From Nostoc sp. (GTDB taxonomy: Bacteria; Cyanobacteriota; Cyanobacteriia; Cyanobacteriales; Nostocaceae): 64,000 nt of DNA. Positions 19,910-30,501 of the stretch are shown in pieces; the first letter of the stretch is position 1, and each line of letters starts with the position of its first letter. Where the stretch lies: NCBI GenBank assembly GCA_036918135.1, contig JBALDB010000009.1, positions 96,001 to 160,000 of the forward strand. The letters run 5' to 3'. The notes under the pieces were generated by a model. It had not been told where the DNA came from. It ran no database searches and was given only the letters and a program-made list of their open reading frames with translations. The translations under genes and the position numbers were made by a program.

Positions 19910-21313
19910 TTACAGTTGCTTCACTTCCGAAACTAACTTCGACACCATATCTTTCGCGCCACCAAAGAGCATCGTAGTTTTATTTTTGTAGAACAACTCA
20001 TTATCTACACCAGCAAAACCCGTACTCATCCCGCGCTTAATCACAATTGTTTGCTTCGCCCGATCGACTTCCAAAATCGGCATACCATAAATCGGGCTAT
20101 TGGCATCACTCCGCGCCGCTGGATTTACCACATCATTTGCCCCAATTACTAAAGCCACATCAGCTTGTTCAAATTGGGGATTAATATCATCCATGTCGTA
20201 CAACTGCGTATAAGGCACATTGGCCTCAGCCAATAACACATTCATGTGCCCCGGCATTCTTCCAGCCACGGGGTGAATGGCATACTTGACATCTACGCCC
20301 ATCCGTTCTAATTGATCTGACAATTCGCGGACGCTATGTTGTGCTTGGGCAACTGCCATCCCATAACCAGGTACAATTACCACAGAACGAGCATATCCCA
20401 ACATCATCGCTCCTTCTTCGGGATCGATACTGCGGACAGTTTGATCTACCGCACTACCACCAGCAGCACCACCCCCGGCTGATGCTGTACCAAAAGCGCT
20501 GAATAGCACGCTGAAGAGGGAGCGGTTCATTGCTTTACACATAATTTCGGTCAGGATAATACCAGATGCTCCCACCAGTGCGCCAGCAATGATCAACATA
20601 TTGTTCATCACCACGAACCCAGCGGCGGCGGCTGCTATACCTGACAAGGAGTTCAACAGCGAAATTACCACCGGCATATCGCCACCACCAATGGGGATGA
20701 CGAACATCACACCCAGCACCAAGGAAACAGCAACTACTCCCAAGAATACTGGTAGGCTATCGGGTGTGATGATTAAATAAGCACTACCCGCTACGTAAGC
20801 AGCTAAAAGCAGAAGGTTAAATGGTTGCTGGAATGGAAATGTAATCGGGGAACCACTAATTAAACCTTGCAATTTCGCGAAGGCGAGAAAACTACCCGTG
20901 AAGGTAACACCACCGATTAACACATCCAGCAGCATGGAAATGTTCACATCTAGGGGTACAGGTGCGCCAGAATCCAATAACCGCCAGAATTCAGCAACGG
21001 CGACTAATGCTGAAGCCGCACCACCCAAACCGTTGAGTAAACCCACCATTTGGGGCATTTCTGTCATTTGAACTTTGTAGGCTGCGATCGCACCAATCCC
21101 CGATCCAATTGCCAAGCCTAACAAAATCATTTCATAGTTCAACACTTCGCGATCGAGCATTGTGGCCACAATTGCCAGCAACATCCCCACTGCTGCAATC
21201 ACATTACCATTCCGCGCTGTCGCTGGCGAACCCAGCTTTTTCAAACCAAAAATGAATAAGGATGCAGCGACTAAATATGTCAGCTGAATGCCAGTTGGTA
21301 AAAAGTCGCTCAC
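19910..21313 (-). CDS. pntB: NAD(P) transhydrogenase beta subunit
   Basis: PGYGMAVAQAQ, HPVAGRMPGHMNV, GANDVVNPAA. Confidence 0.97.
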   Translation of the reverse strand: MSDFLPTGIQLTYLVAASLFIFGLKKLGSPATARNGNVIAAVGMLLAIVATMLDREVLNYEMILLGLAIGSGIGAIAAYKVQMTEMPQMVGLLNGLGGAASALVAVAEFWRLLDSGAPVPLDVNISMLLDVLIGGVTFTGSFLAFAKLQGLISGSPITFPFQQPFNLLLLAAYVAGSAYLIITPDSLPVFLGVVAVSLVLGVMFVIPIGGGDMPVVISLLNSLSGIAAAAAGFVVMNNMLIIAGALVGASGIILTEIMCKAMNRSLFSVLFSAFGTASAGGGAAGGSAVDQTVRSIDPEEGAMMLGYARSVVIVPGYGMAVAQAQHSVRELSDQLERMGVDVKYAIHPVAGRMPGHMNVLLAEANVPYTQLYDMDDINPQFEQADVALVIGANDVVNPAARSDANSPIYGMPILEVDRAKQTIVIKRGMSTGFAGVDNELFYKNKTTMLFGGAKDMVSKLVSEVKQL

Positions 21314-21603
21314 GCCTTAATCTCCTTTTTCTTGAACATAAGCAGCATTCTATCTGTGACGAGGAAACCGCCGATAACGTTGACAGTTGCCAGTACCACA
21401 GCAATTAAACCGAGAATTACTGACACACTTGTTTCTCTAGCACCAGAGGCCACTATTGCCCCAAGTACCGCAATGCCAGAAATTGCGTTTGAACCTGACA
21501 TTAAAGGGGTATGTAGCGTAGGTGGTACTTTGTTGATGACTTCAAAGCCAATAAAAGATGCCAGAACAAACACAAACAAAGCAGCAAGTAATGCCTCTGT
21601 CAT
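21310..21603 (-). CDS. pntA2: NAD(P) transhydrogenase alpha subunit, membrane part
   Basis: LHTPLMSGSNAISG, GGFLVTDRML. Confidence 0.95.
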   Translation of the reverse strand: MTEALLAALFVFVLASFIGFEVINKVPPTLHTPLMSGSNAISGIAVLGAIVASGARETSVSVILGLIAVVLATVNVIGGFLVTDRMLLMFKKKEIKA

Positions 21604-21624
21604 GAAATAAAACTCCTTTTAGGA

Positions 21625-21755
21625 ATGGGTACTGGATACTGGGGATTGGGTACTGAGGATTGGTTATTGGTGTATTGGGTACTGAGAAAGTATTGCTAAG
21701 TAATCTATTTCCTAGTCCCCAGTAAAGAGTCCCTAGTCCCTAATCCCCAGTCCCT
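21625..21755. repeat. Heptamer STRR tract
   Basis: TGGGTAC/TGGGGAT units facing CCCCAGT/CCCTAGT units. Confidence 0.7.
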
Positions 21756-22929
21756 AACTAACCGCCGATTCTTGAGTATTCAAAGCTTGTAACGCGTCCC
21801 GCACTCGTTGATTGCGAATTTCACCTGCATGGGTAACGCAAGCTGCATCAACGATGTCGTCGCCAAAGTCCACTTGCAAAGCTTTCTCTTTGTTAATCAA
21901 TAGTTGGATTAACGATGTCACATTCTTGGCATACAATTGGCTGGCGTGGACTGGCATCGAGGATGGTAAATTGATGGGGCCGATAATTGTCACGCCATTC
22001 CAGACAATATCTTTGCCAGGTTCGGTGCAGGCGCAGTTACCACCCTGTTCGGCAGCTAGATCTACAATTACTGAACCGGGTTTCATCTGTGCCACCATTT
22101 CTTCTGTCACGAGTCGTGGCGCTTGTTTCCCAGGTACTTGGGCAGTGGTAATCACCACATCGGCATTTTTGACGTGTTCGGCGACAACTTCTTGAGTACG
22201 TTGTTTGCTAACCTCAGAAATTTCTTTGGCGTAACCACCTGCGGCAACAGTTTCTTCTTCGAGTTTGACTTCGACGAATTTTGCGCCTAAGCTTTGCACT
22301 TCTTCTTTGACGGCAGGACGAATATCAAAGGCTTCTACCACTGCTCCCAAGCGTCTGGCGGTGGCGATCGCTTGCAATCCAGCTACACCAGCACCCATAA
22401 TAAATACTTTGGCTGGGGCGATGGTGCCTGCGGCTGTTGTCAGCATTGGGAAATATTTCGGTAATGCAGCTGCGCCAATTAATACTGCTTTGTAACCTGC
22501 TAATGAAGCTTGTGAAGATAAAGCATCCATACTTTGCGCCCTAGTAGTACGGGGAATCATTTCCATACTTAAGGCTGTAACTTGGCGATTTGCCAATTGC
22601 TGCGCTACCACAGGATTTCCCAACGGATTCAGGAAACTGACTAATACAGCTCCTTCCTTTAATAAGTCAATTTCTGAGCGTCCATCTTCTCGCTCTTGGG
22701 GTGGACTGACTTTGAGCAGGATGTCTGCTTCGCTCCATAATTTGACAGAATCGTTGATTATTGTGGCTCCCGCTGCTTCATAGGCAGGATCGCTGAAAAA
22801 CGATCGCTCTCCTGCACCCGATTCTACCCAAACTTCTAAACCTTGTTTTACCAATCTGGCAACGGTGTCAGGAATTAATGCCACACGACGTTCGCAAACT
22901 TCAATTTCTCTAGCAACTGCTATTCTCAT
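21754..22929 (-). CDS. pntA1: NAD(P) transhydrogenase alpha subunit, NAD-binding part
   Basis: ERRVA, RAQSMDALSS, GAGVAG, GGYAKE; start at MRIAVA with GGAG RBS. Confidence 0.95.
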   Translation of the reverse strand: MRIAVAREIEVCERRVALIPDTVARLVKQGLEVWVESGAGERSFFSDPAYEAAGATIINDSVKLWSEADILLKVSPPQEREDGRSEIDLLKEGAVLVSFLNPLGNPVVAQQLANRQVTALSMEMIPRTTRAQSMDALSSQASLAGYKAVLIGAAALPKYFPMLTTAAGTIAPAKVFIMGAGVAGLQAIATARRLGAVVEAFDIRPAVKEEVQSLGAKFVEVKLEEETVAAGGYAKEISEVSKQRTQEVVAEHVKNADVVITTAQVPGKQAPRLVTEEMVAQMKPGSVIVDLAAEQGGNCACTEPGKDIVWNGVTIIGPINLPSSMPVHASQLYAKNVTSLIQLLINKEKALQVDFGDDIVDAACVTHAGEIRNQRVRDALQALNTQESAVS

Positions 22930-23735
22930 GAAATCTCCTGAAGATAAATACTTATATGTCTGCCAACTAAGCGATCGCCCCAATTGGGGATATCTTGTAC
23001 TTTGAGTACTGAGGCAGGAACATCAGCCATGACTTTTACTCGTAGATTGAACCTTGAATCTTTCCTCTCCCACTGTTAGCTCTTCAGGCAAAGCCTCACT
23101 TTGTTGTAATAGTTCTAAGCTAAGTTTCCCTTTGCTTATACTGTCCGCTTTGCCGCTTGCTGAGCCGAGATTTTCAGATATTTGCAAATAGGGTTAGTTT
23201 TGCACATATTATGTTGATTCCCAAATTTTGCATCTTTATCTTCAGATTATTTTCCGGATTGAGAAATTGGCTATTCTTTTCTTATAGAGCAATATTGACC
23301 AATTTTTTGAAGCTTGATAATTTTCAAATCAAATTTTAATAATTACGACTTTCATTTCAACTTATTTTAATCAATTTATCTCAAGTTAACTGGCGATCGC
23401 TAATTCCACGGCTCAATTTTTATAACAAAATTCTTAAATTTAGATACACTTATACATATTCGGAAACACAATCTCATCTCAACTGTGTTTTTATCCAGTT
23501 CCAAATTTGACCAATTTAGCAATCAAATCAAGACTCTGTAAGGATAATAAAGTAAATTGCTTCAACGTTAAATTTATTACTAAGTAAAGTTACTGTCAGC
23601 TATAACTCACAAAAATGGCACTTTTTTCGTTATTCAACGTCTATTGTCATGAAGTCAGTAGTAAAGTTTAGTAAAGAATAATAACACACAGTTATTTAAA
23701 TCGCAGATTTATATTTTGGTGGAGGGAGCCTAACT

Positions 23736-24248
23736 ATGCGACGTTTACTTTCTGCTTTAGCCGTGACTAGCTGTTTGCTGACTGGATTTCCAGCTTTGAC
23801 TTGGGCGCAAGGCTTACCTGGATTTACGCTTTTTAGCGGTGTCAAAAGCGAAGATCAGTTGCCCTTCCGGTTAGATTTTGGAGGACAAACCAATGGTTGG
23901 GATCGTTATATATTGAGGATTCCAACTAAAAAAATGAAATTAGCAGTTGCTCAATTTGCCATTAGCTACCCTGACTATTACAAAGGAACTTTTGACCCCA
24001 AAAAAATTGAGGTACGGGTTAAAGGCAAAGCAGTTAAGCTTTCTGAAGTGAAGTGGGATAAAGAAGGTAGGCTAATTAATATTTTTCCCGAAGAACCTGT
24101 GCCAGCAGGTAGCAAAGTTGAGTTAGTGTTATCTAACGTCAAAAACCCCTCCTTTGGCGGAACGTATTATTTTAGCTGTCAAGTTCTTTCACCTGGCGAT
24201 GTACCACTACTGCGCTACGTAGGAACCTGGATTTTGAGCATTAGTTAA
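23736..24248 (+). CDS. DUF2808-like secreted protein
   Basis: Signal peptide; FPEEPVPAG, NVKNP..GG.Y, YVGTW. Confidence 0.75.
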   Translation: MRRLLSALAVTSCLLTGFPALTWAQGLPGFTLFSGVKSEDQLPFRLDFGGQTNGWDRYILRIPTKKMKLAVAQFAISYPDYYKGTFDPKKIEVRVKGKAVKLSEVKWDKEGRLINIFPEEPVPAGSKVELVLSNVKNPSFGGTYYFSCQVLSPGDVPLLRYVGTWILSIS

Positions 24249-24251
24249 GTC

Positions 24252-24415
24252 TGGAGAGTCGGAGATGGGGGAGTGTGGGGAGTGTGGGGAGATGAGGAGA
24301 TGGGGGAGTGTGGGGAGATGGGGGAGTGTGGGGAGAGAGGGGGGCAAGATTTGTTCCCACACCTCCCACACCTGAATTTGTTTCCCATCCTCCCACACCT
24401 CCCACACCTCCCTAT
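24252..24415. repeat. G-rich/C-rich bipartite repeat element (copy 2)
   Basis: GGGGAGTGT/GGGGAGATG 9-mers, GGCAAGATTT core, CCTCCCACA repeats. Confidence 0.85.
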
Positions 24416-24511
24416 TTGCCCAATGCTCCATTCCCCATTTTCAATTCCCTGTTAAAGTGATAAAATTAGAGATTGTGAGTTTTTATAAAAATCACTTAAC
24501 AGGAGAATAGT

Positions 24512-24646
24512 ATGCAAAGAACGCTAGGCGGCACTTGCCGTAAGAGAAAAAGAACCTCTGGTTTTCGCGCTCGGATGCGGACACCAGATGGCAGAAACGT
24601 AATTAGGGCAAGAAGAAGAAAGGGGCGTCACCGTCTGAGCGTTTAG
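24512..24646 (+). CDS. rpmH: 50S ribosomal protein L34
   Basis: [44 protein letters not shown]. Confidence 0.97.
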   Translation: MQRTLGGTCRKRKRTSGFRARMRTPDGRNVIRARRRKGRHRLSV

Positions 24647-24670
24647 GGCATATCAAGCTAAAAGGTATCT

Positions 24671-25093
24671 GTGGCTTTGCCCAAAGCAAATCGGCTCAAA
24701 TCCCGAAAAGATTTCCAGGCAGTTTTCCGGGAAGGAATTCGCCGTCATGGCTCTTACTTAACATTGAGAGCCTTAAAACCTCTATCTTCAATAAATCCTT
24801 CTTTGGACTGCGCCACCAAGACTACGCAAGCAACTGACTCTAAATATTTTGCCAGCACGCAAATTGGCATTTCCATTAGTACAAAAGTCAGCAAGAGAGC
24901 AGTGGTTCGTAACCGGATCAAACGGCAAATTACTGGTGCTTTGTATAACCTACTGCCCAAATTATTGCCAGGATGGCGGCTAGTGGTGGTTGTCAAACCC
25001 GCAGCAGCAGAATCGAAGTGCGTAAGCCCACAATTTCTGCAAGAATTAGAGCAGTTGTTGGCACAAGCCGAGGTGTTCGATGGGCATTCGTGA
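24671..25093 (+). CDS. rnpA: RNase P protein component
   Basis: RLKSRKDF, KVSKRAVVRNRIKR; follows rpmH. Confidence 0.95.
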   Translation: MALPKANRLKSRKDFQAVFREGIRRHGSYLTLRALKPLSSINPSLDCATKTTQATDSKYFASTQIGISISTKVSKRAVVRNRIKRQITGALYNLLPKLLPGWRLVVVVKPAAAESKCVSPQFLQELEQLLAQAEVFDGHS

Positions 25094-25472
25094 AGAAATT
25101 TATTATGAAGGTGGCCCCCATATTGGGGATCTAATTGTAAACCTACTAATTGGGCTAAGTGTGGTTGGCATACCCTTGACAGTCGGGGCAATTGTTAGAG
25201 CATTATGGTTGCGCTTCCGCATCACCGATCGCCGAGTTACTGTAACAGGAGGTTGGCAGGGACGCGATCGCACTGACGTAATTTACTCAGAAATTGTCAA
25301 AGTTGTCAAAGTCCCCCGTGGCATCGGTCTTTGGGGAGATATGGTACTAACTTTAAAAAACGGCAGTCGTCTCGAATTGCGTGCAATTCCCAATTTTCGG
25401 GAAGTATATGATTACATTAATGAAAAAATTGCGGCAAAAAATCCCCAATATAGCATTGCCACTAACAAGTAA
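25080..25472 (+). CDS. bPH_2/PH-domain membrane protein
   Basis: YYEGGPH, RFRITDRR, GDMV; usual position between rnpA and yidC. Confidence 0.8.
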   Translation: MGIREEIYYEGGPHIGDLIVNLLIGLSVVGIPLTVGAIVRALWLRFRITDRRVTVTGGWQGRDRTDVIYSEIVKVVKVPRGIGLWGDMVLTLKNGSRLELRAIPNFREVYDYINEKIAAKNPQYSIATNK

Positions 25473-25477
25473 CGGCA

Positions 25478-25600
25478 AGGGACTGAGGAGATGGGAAGTG
25501 TGGGGAGTGTGGGGAGAGAGGGGGATGGGGGATGGGGGGGCAAGATTTCTTTCCCATCCTCCCACACCTCCAAAACCTCCCACACCTCCCAAACTCCCTG
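25478..25600. repeat. G-rich/C-rich bipartite repeat element (copy 3)
   Basis: Same GGGGAGTGT...GGCAAGATTT...CCTCCCACACCTCC layout. Confidence 0.85.
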
Positions 25601-25729
25601 TTTGCCCCATGCCCCATGCCCAAAAATTAATTGTGCGGCTATCCGTAGCAAAGGATAGTCGCACATAAGTCATGATTTAGATAAATTAGATTCAATCAGT
25701 TTACAGTACCTCAGGTTAAATTCAGAATA

Positions 25730-26962
25730 ATGGATTTTGGTATCGGCTTTCTCTCGAACAACGTGATGCTGCCAATCATAGATTTTTTCTATGGGATTAT
25801 ACCCAGCTATGGATTGGCGATCGTTGCTTTGACACTGATAGTCCGCTTCGCGCTCTATCCCCTGAGTGCTGGCTCAATTCGCAATATGCGGAAGATGCGA
25901 ATTGTACAACCTCTGATGCAAAAGCGGATGGCAGAAATCAAAGAGCGCTATAAGGACGATCCGCAAAAGCAGCAAGAAGAAATGGTCAATGTCCAAAAAG
26001 AATTTGGCAATCCTTTGGCAGGCTGTTTTCCATTGCTAATACAAATGCCAGTCTTATTAGCGCTGTTCGCCACTTTGCGGGGTTCGCCTTTTGCAGGTGT
26101 GAACTACAGCGTTAACTTGCAAATCTTTCCTGCAGAACAAATCGAACAAATTCAACCGCAAGCCTTTGCCACTCCTCCTCAAAATATCTACATTGCTGAT
26201 GGCGAACACGTTAAGGTAACTGCAATCCTTCCGGCTGGTAACAAATTAGCCGTGGGCGAACATACCAAAATACAATATCAAACTACTGAAGGCAAACCAT
26301 TTCAGGTGGTCTTAGCAGAACACCCACAAAATCAGCTGATTCCTCAATGGAAAGTCACCAAAGGCGAAGATAAGGTTAAAATTGATACTCAGGGCAATTT
26401 AGAAGCCTTGCAGCCGGGAGAAGTGACCATTCAAGGAACAATTCCTGGACTAGCAGCTGATAAAGGCTTTTTATTTATTGATGCTTTAGGCAGAGTTGGC
26501 GCACAAGATCCAGATGGCACAATCCACTGGGATATCGTCGCCATGATTGTCTTTTTTGGAATCAGCCTTTATGTTAGCCAAATGCTTTCCGGGCAAAATT
26601 CCAGCGGTGGTAATCCGAACCAGGATACAGTTAACAAAATCACCCCAGTCATTTTTTCCGGGATGTTTTTGTTCTTTCCCCTACCAGCTGGGGTACTAAT
26701 GTATATGGTGATTGGCAATATTTTCCAAACACTGCAAACCTATATTCTCTCCCGCGAACCGTTACCCGAAGAACTGCAAAAAATCGTAGCAGCTCAAGAA
26801 AAACAAGCAGCAGTCGCAGAACAAAAAGCATTACCTTTTGAGCCGCAAAGTCCTAAGAAAAAAGCTACAGGGGAAAGTCCTAAGAAAAAGGTTACAGAGG
26901 AAAGTCCTAAGAAAAAAGCTACAGAGGAAAGTCCTAAGAAAAAGGCTACAGGGGGTTCATGA
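25730..26962 (+). CDS. yidC: Membrane protein insertase YidC
   Basis: [30 protein letters not shown]. Confidence 0.96.
   Translation: MDFGIGFLSNNVMLPIIDFFYGIIPSYGLAIVALTLIVRFALYPLSAGSIRNMRKMRIVQPLMQKRMAEIKERYKDDPQKQQEEMVNVQKEFGNPLAGCFPLLIQMPVLLALFATLRGSPFAGVNYSVNLQIFPAEQIEQIQPQAFATPPQNIYIADGEHVKVTAILPAGNKLAVGEHTKIQYQTTEGKPFQVVLAEHPQNQLIPQWKVTKGEDKVKIDTQGNLEALQPGEVTIQGTIPGLAADKGFLFIDALGRVGAQDPDGTIHWDIVAMIVFFGISLYVSQMLSGQNSSGGNPNQDTVNKITPVIFSGMFLFFPLPAGVLMYMVIGNIFQTLQTYILSREPLPEELQKIVAAQEKQAAVAEQKALPFEPQSPKKKATGESPKKKVTEESPKKKATEESPKKKATGGS
26847..26954 (+). repeat. 27-bp x4 coding tandem repeat
   Basis: AAAGTCCTAAGAAAAARGYTACAGRGG x4, encoding SPKKKAT(G/E)E. Confidence 0.9.
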
Positions 26963-27474
26963 GCAATATTCCCATGCAGCGAGGTCAGCAGTGGTTAAAA
27001 ACACTGCTGGAACTCAGTGGGATATCTACTGAGATTCAGATTAATTTAGAAACCGCCCAAACTCCAGATGACGATTCGCTAGAAGTAGATAACTACTGGT
27101 TGACAATTGATGAAACGAATTTGACACCAGAACAAATCCAGGTATTAATTGGTGCTGATGGTTCTGTGCTAGATGCAATTCAGTATCTAGCAAATTCGGT
27201 TCTCAACTTGAGCCAATCCCACGAGGGACAAGCTTCTTACACTATTGAGTTGAATGGCTACCGTATAAAAAGACAAGCCGAAATTCGGGCATTAGCAGAA
27301 GCAGCAGCCGATGAAGTGCGCTTTTCTGGTAGAGAAGTGGAAATCAAATCCCTCAGCTCTGCGGAACGGCGTCAAGTTCATACTTTCTTAAAAGACTTTG
27401 AAGATTTAGAAACCTTCAGTCGTGGTAAAGAACCACATCGTCATTTGGTTGTGCGTCCGGCTGCTTTGGAATAA
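26959..27474 (+). CDS. jag: Jag/KhpB-like KH-R3H RNA-binding protein
   Basis: [27 protein letters not shown]. Confidence 0.88.
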   Translation: MSNIPMQRGQQWLKTLLELSGISTEIQINLETAQTPDDDSLEVDNYWLTIDETNLTPEQIQVLIGADGSVLDAIQYLANSVLNLSQSHEGQASYTIELNGYRIKRQAEIRALAEAAADEVRFSGREVEIKSLSSAERRQVHTFLKDFEDLETFSRGKEPHRHLVVRPAALE

Positions 27475-27481
27475 ATTAGGA

Positions 27482-27538
27482 GTAGAGACGCGATCGATTG
27501 CGTCTGTACGAGAGAGACGCGATGAATTGCGTCTCTAC
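27482..27538. repeat. Two tandem REP-like palindromes
   Basis: GTAGAGACGCGATCGATTGCGTCTGTAC and AGAGACGCGATGAATTGCGTCTCT. Confidence 0.75.
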
Positions 27539-27679
27539 AGGAGTTAGAAGTTAATTGACAACTACATAACCAGATAATTTCAAAATTTCTATTATCCCTA
27601 AAAGCTAAAATAAAAATGTATTATCAGCGATTTGGCTGATAATCAAAATAAATTTTCGTGAGGATGTCTCACAAATCCT

Positions 27680-28198
27680 ATGGACGCAATTTATATTCCG
27701 CAGCTAACTAGAGCATCGGAGCGGACAGAGGAAGTTCAAGTTAAGGAATTTCTGCCTGGTCTGGAAACTTTGACACCAGTTCGCGGTCGTGTACGCGTGC
27801 AGCATCATGGCAATTACCTGCAAGTGTCAGGTCAGGCAGAAGCAATTATTACTTGTACCTGTAACCGCTGCTTGCAGCAATACAATCAGCGCTTAGGGAT
27901 TGATACTAAGGAAATCATTTGGTTAGATGAAACTGCAAATCAGCTACAAGACTTGCCTTTAGAAAGGGAAGTGACTATGGAAGATTTAGTAGAAACTCTA
28001 CCACCCGATGGTTATTTTTATCCCAGCGAATGGCTGTACGAGCAAATGTGTCTAGCAATACCTCAACGCCAGCTGTGCGATCGCAATTGCCCAGGTATTC
28101 CTGCAAGTAGTACTGTTGATAGTTCTGACAGTTCTGAAACTCCAGTTGATAACCGCTGGGCTTCTCTAGAAGCACTGAAAAAGCAACTTCCAGGGTAG
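27680..28198 (+). CDS. YceD/DUF177 family protein
   Basis: CNRCL, C...CPG, DNRWASL. Confidence 0.88.
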   Translation: MDAIYIPQLTRASERTEEVQVKEFLPGLETLTPVRGRVRVQHHGNYLQVSGQAEAIITCTCNRCLQQYNQRLGIDTKEIIWLDETANQLQDLPLEREVTMEDLVETLPPDGYFYPSEWLYEQMCLAIPQRQLCDRNCPGIPASSTVDSSDSSETPVDNRWASLEALKKQLPG

Positions 28199-28654
28199 AT
28201 ATTTAACGCGCCGTTTGCTGTACTACGGCGCAATTTAATTATCTATTTGTAAGTATGAATTGCCTAAAGCACCTAACGCAGTTGATAAACTCTATTCCTA
28301 ATTAAAAAATCCTTTTTCGTGCAGCAAAGCACCAATTGTATCAGTACATTCTATAGTTAATTCCAATAACATGAATTTGCCAACGAAAAACAATGTTTAC
28401 ATCCAATTTTTAATAATTTTCTGGCAAGAGTCTATAAAAAAGTGAAAAATTGAGTAGTTTTAAGCACCCGATTATCCTGACAGGTGATTCAACTATACCC
28501 ATCACAAAACAGCGCTCGCTCACCCTTGAGGAATATCTTAACATAGAGCGATCGCACCACCAACAGCCATGTACAGGTAGATGTTGTTTTTTTTAGTTGT
28601 TAGAGGTGATACAAACCTGAACAATGAGAGAAGGACTAATAACCACAGTTAGAT

Positions 28655-30166
28655 ATGAACTTCCGTGATGAGTTTAAACTACTGCTACGTGCCCGCTACC
28701 CTTTGATTTATATTCCCACTTACGAAGAGGAGCGAGTAGAAGCAGCTATCCGCGAAGAAGCAACCAACCAGGGTAATCGCCCAGTGTATACTTGGGATTT
28801 TGTCGATGGATACCAAGGAAACCCCAATGATGTTGGTTATGGGCGGCGTAATCCCCTGCAAGCTTTGGAATTCATTGAAAAATTATCGGCTTCCGCACCT
28901 GCGGTATTGATTTTACGAGATTATCATCGCTTTTTAGATGATGTAGCGATCGCCCGCAAACTTCGCAATCTGGCTCGACTGCTTAAGTCGCAACCCAAAA
29001 ATATTGTATTGCTGTCGCCCCGCATTGCCATTCCTGACGATTTAAGCGAAGTGCTGACAGTCGTCGAGTTTCCCTTACCCAGCGCCCCAGAAATAAAAAC
29101 TGAGGTGGAACGTTTACTGCAAAGTACTGGTAACTCGCTTTCGGGCAAATTTATAGATGACTTAGTGCGCTCTTGTCAAGGACTTTCGATGGAACGGATT
29201 CGGCGGGTTTTGGCAAGAGCGATCGCTAGCCACGGCGAATTGCAGCCAGAAGACGTAGATTTGGTTTTGGAAGAAAAGCGTCAAACTATCCGCCAAACCC
29301 AAATCCTGGACTTTTACCCCGCCACTGAGCAAATTTCTGATATTGGCGGACTCGATAACTTAAAAGACTGGCTGATTCGTCGGGGAGGCTCATTTACTCA
29401 GCGGGCGCGCCAGTACGGATTACCGCACCCTCGTGGTTTAATGTTGGTGGGTATTCAGGGAACTGGTAAATCGTTAACCGCAAAAGCGATCGCTCATCAC
29501 TGGCATTTACCTTTGCTACGTTTGGATGTCGGGCGGTTATTTGGTGGTTTGGTGGGCGAATCAGAATCTCGCACTCGCCAAATGATTCAGGTAGCTGAAG
29601 CTCTCGCCCCCTGTATTTTATGGATTGATGAAATAGATAAAGCCTTTTCTGGACTTGGTAGTAAAGGTGATGCGGGCACAACTAGCCGCGTATTTGGCAC
29701 ATTTATTAACTGGCTAGCAGAAAAAACTTCACCCGTGTTTGTTGTTGCTACCGCCAACGATATCCAAGCCCTACCACCAGAAATGCTGCGTAAAGGGCGA
29801 TTTGATGAAATTTTCTTTGTCGGTTTGCCTACCCAAGAAGAGAGAAAAGCTATTTTTAACGTTCATTTATCCCGACTACGCCCCCATAACTTAAAAAGTT
29901 ACGACATCGACAGGTTAGCATACGAGACACCCGATTTTTCTGGAGCAGAAATTGAGCAAACTTTAATTGAAGCGATGCATATTGGATTTAGCCAAAACCG
30001 TGATTTTACTAAAGACGATATTTTAGAGGCTGCCAGTCAAATCATTCCCTTAGCACGAACTGCTGTAGAACAAATTCAGCAACTTCAAGAATGGGCTGCT
30101 GCGGGGAGAGCGCGTTTAGCATCGAAACACAGCCCTTTGAGCGATACCTTCGGTAAGCTACGCTAA
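28655..30166 (+). CDS. ycf46: Ycf46-like AAA+ ATPase
   Basis: IGGLDNLK, GIQGTGKS, WIDEIDK, PPEMLRKGRFDE. Confidence 0.88.
   Translation: MNFRDEFKLLLRARYPLIYIPTYEEERVEAAIREEATNQGNRPVYTWDFVDGYQGNPNDVGYGRRNPLQALEFIEKLSASAPAVLILRDYHRFLDDVAIARKLRNLARLLKSQPKNIVLLSPRIAIPDDLSEVLTVVEFPLPSAPEIKTEVERLLQSTGNSLSGKFIDDLVRSCQGLSMERIRRVLARAIASHGELQPEDVDLVLEEKRQTIRQTQILDFYPATEQISDIGGLDNLKDWLIRRGGSFTQRARQYGLPHPRGLMLVGIQGTGKSLTAKAIAHHWHLPLLRLDVGRLFGGLVGESESRTRQMIQVAEALAPCILWIDEIDKAFSGLGSKGDAGTTSRVFGTFINWLAEKTSPVFVVATANDIQALPPEMLRKGRFDEIFFVGLPTQEERKAIFNVHLSRLRPHNLKSYDIDRLAYETPDFSGAEIEQTLIEAMHIGFSQNRDFTKDDILEAASQIIPLARTAVEQIQQLQEWAAAGRARLASKHSPLSDTFGKLR
30146..30166. mobile_element. 21-nt small dispersed repeat inserted in a HIP1 site
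   Basis: GCGAT|ACCTTCGGTAAGCTACGCTAA|CGC; related 21-mers at 17945-17965 and 34701-34721. Confidence 0.7.
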
Positions 30167-30283
30167 CGCATTCACTGACAGCTAGAATAATCGATTAGTC
30201 AACAGTTCAAGGTCAATAGTTAACGATCGATTATCATGGACTATTGATTCTGATACCAATGCCCTAAATTGCTTTTGTGCTTG

Positions 30284-30463
30284 TATAGCTGTAGTCACAT
30301 AAGTTAGGAACAAGATGATAAGCGTGAATGCTAGAAATTGTAATAGTTTTACCTCGTGCCTCCTGCCGACGCTCTCTACAAGACGCTCTTGCTAGCTTGC
30401 TTCTCTGTAAGAGTACGCGGACACGGCTTAGCTGCGCTATCCTGCCTTCTGCCTCCTGCTATA
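30284..30463. mobile_element. TATAGC...GCTATA miniature element with nested repeats
   Basis: TATAGC/GCTATA ends, internal GTTTTACCTC and CTGCCTC heptamers. Confidence 0.6.
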
Positions 30464-30501
30464 GCTGTTGACTCTTAATCTTTGATAATCAGGTTTTAAT
30501 T

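Noticed and set aside
19910..22929. Split pntA as a pseudogene or novelty
   Set aside because: A three-gene transhydrogenase is a well-known natural arrangement, and all motifs are intact.
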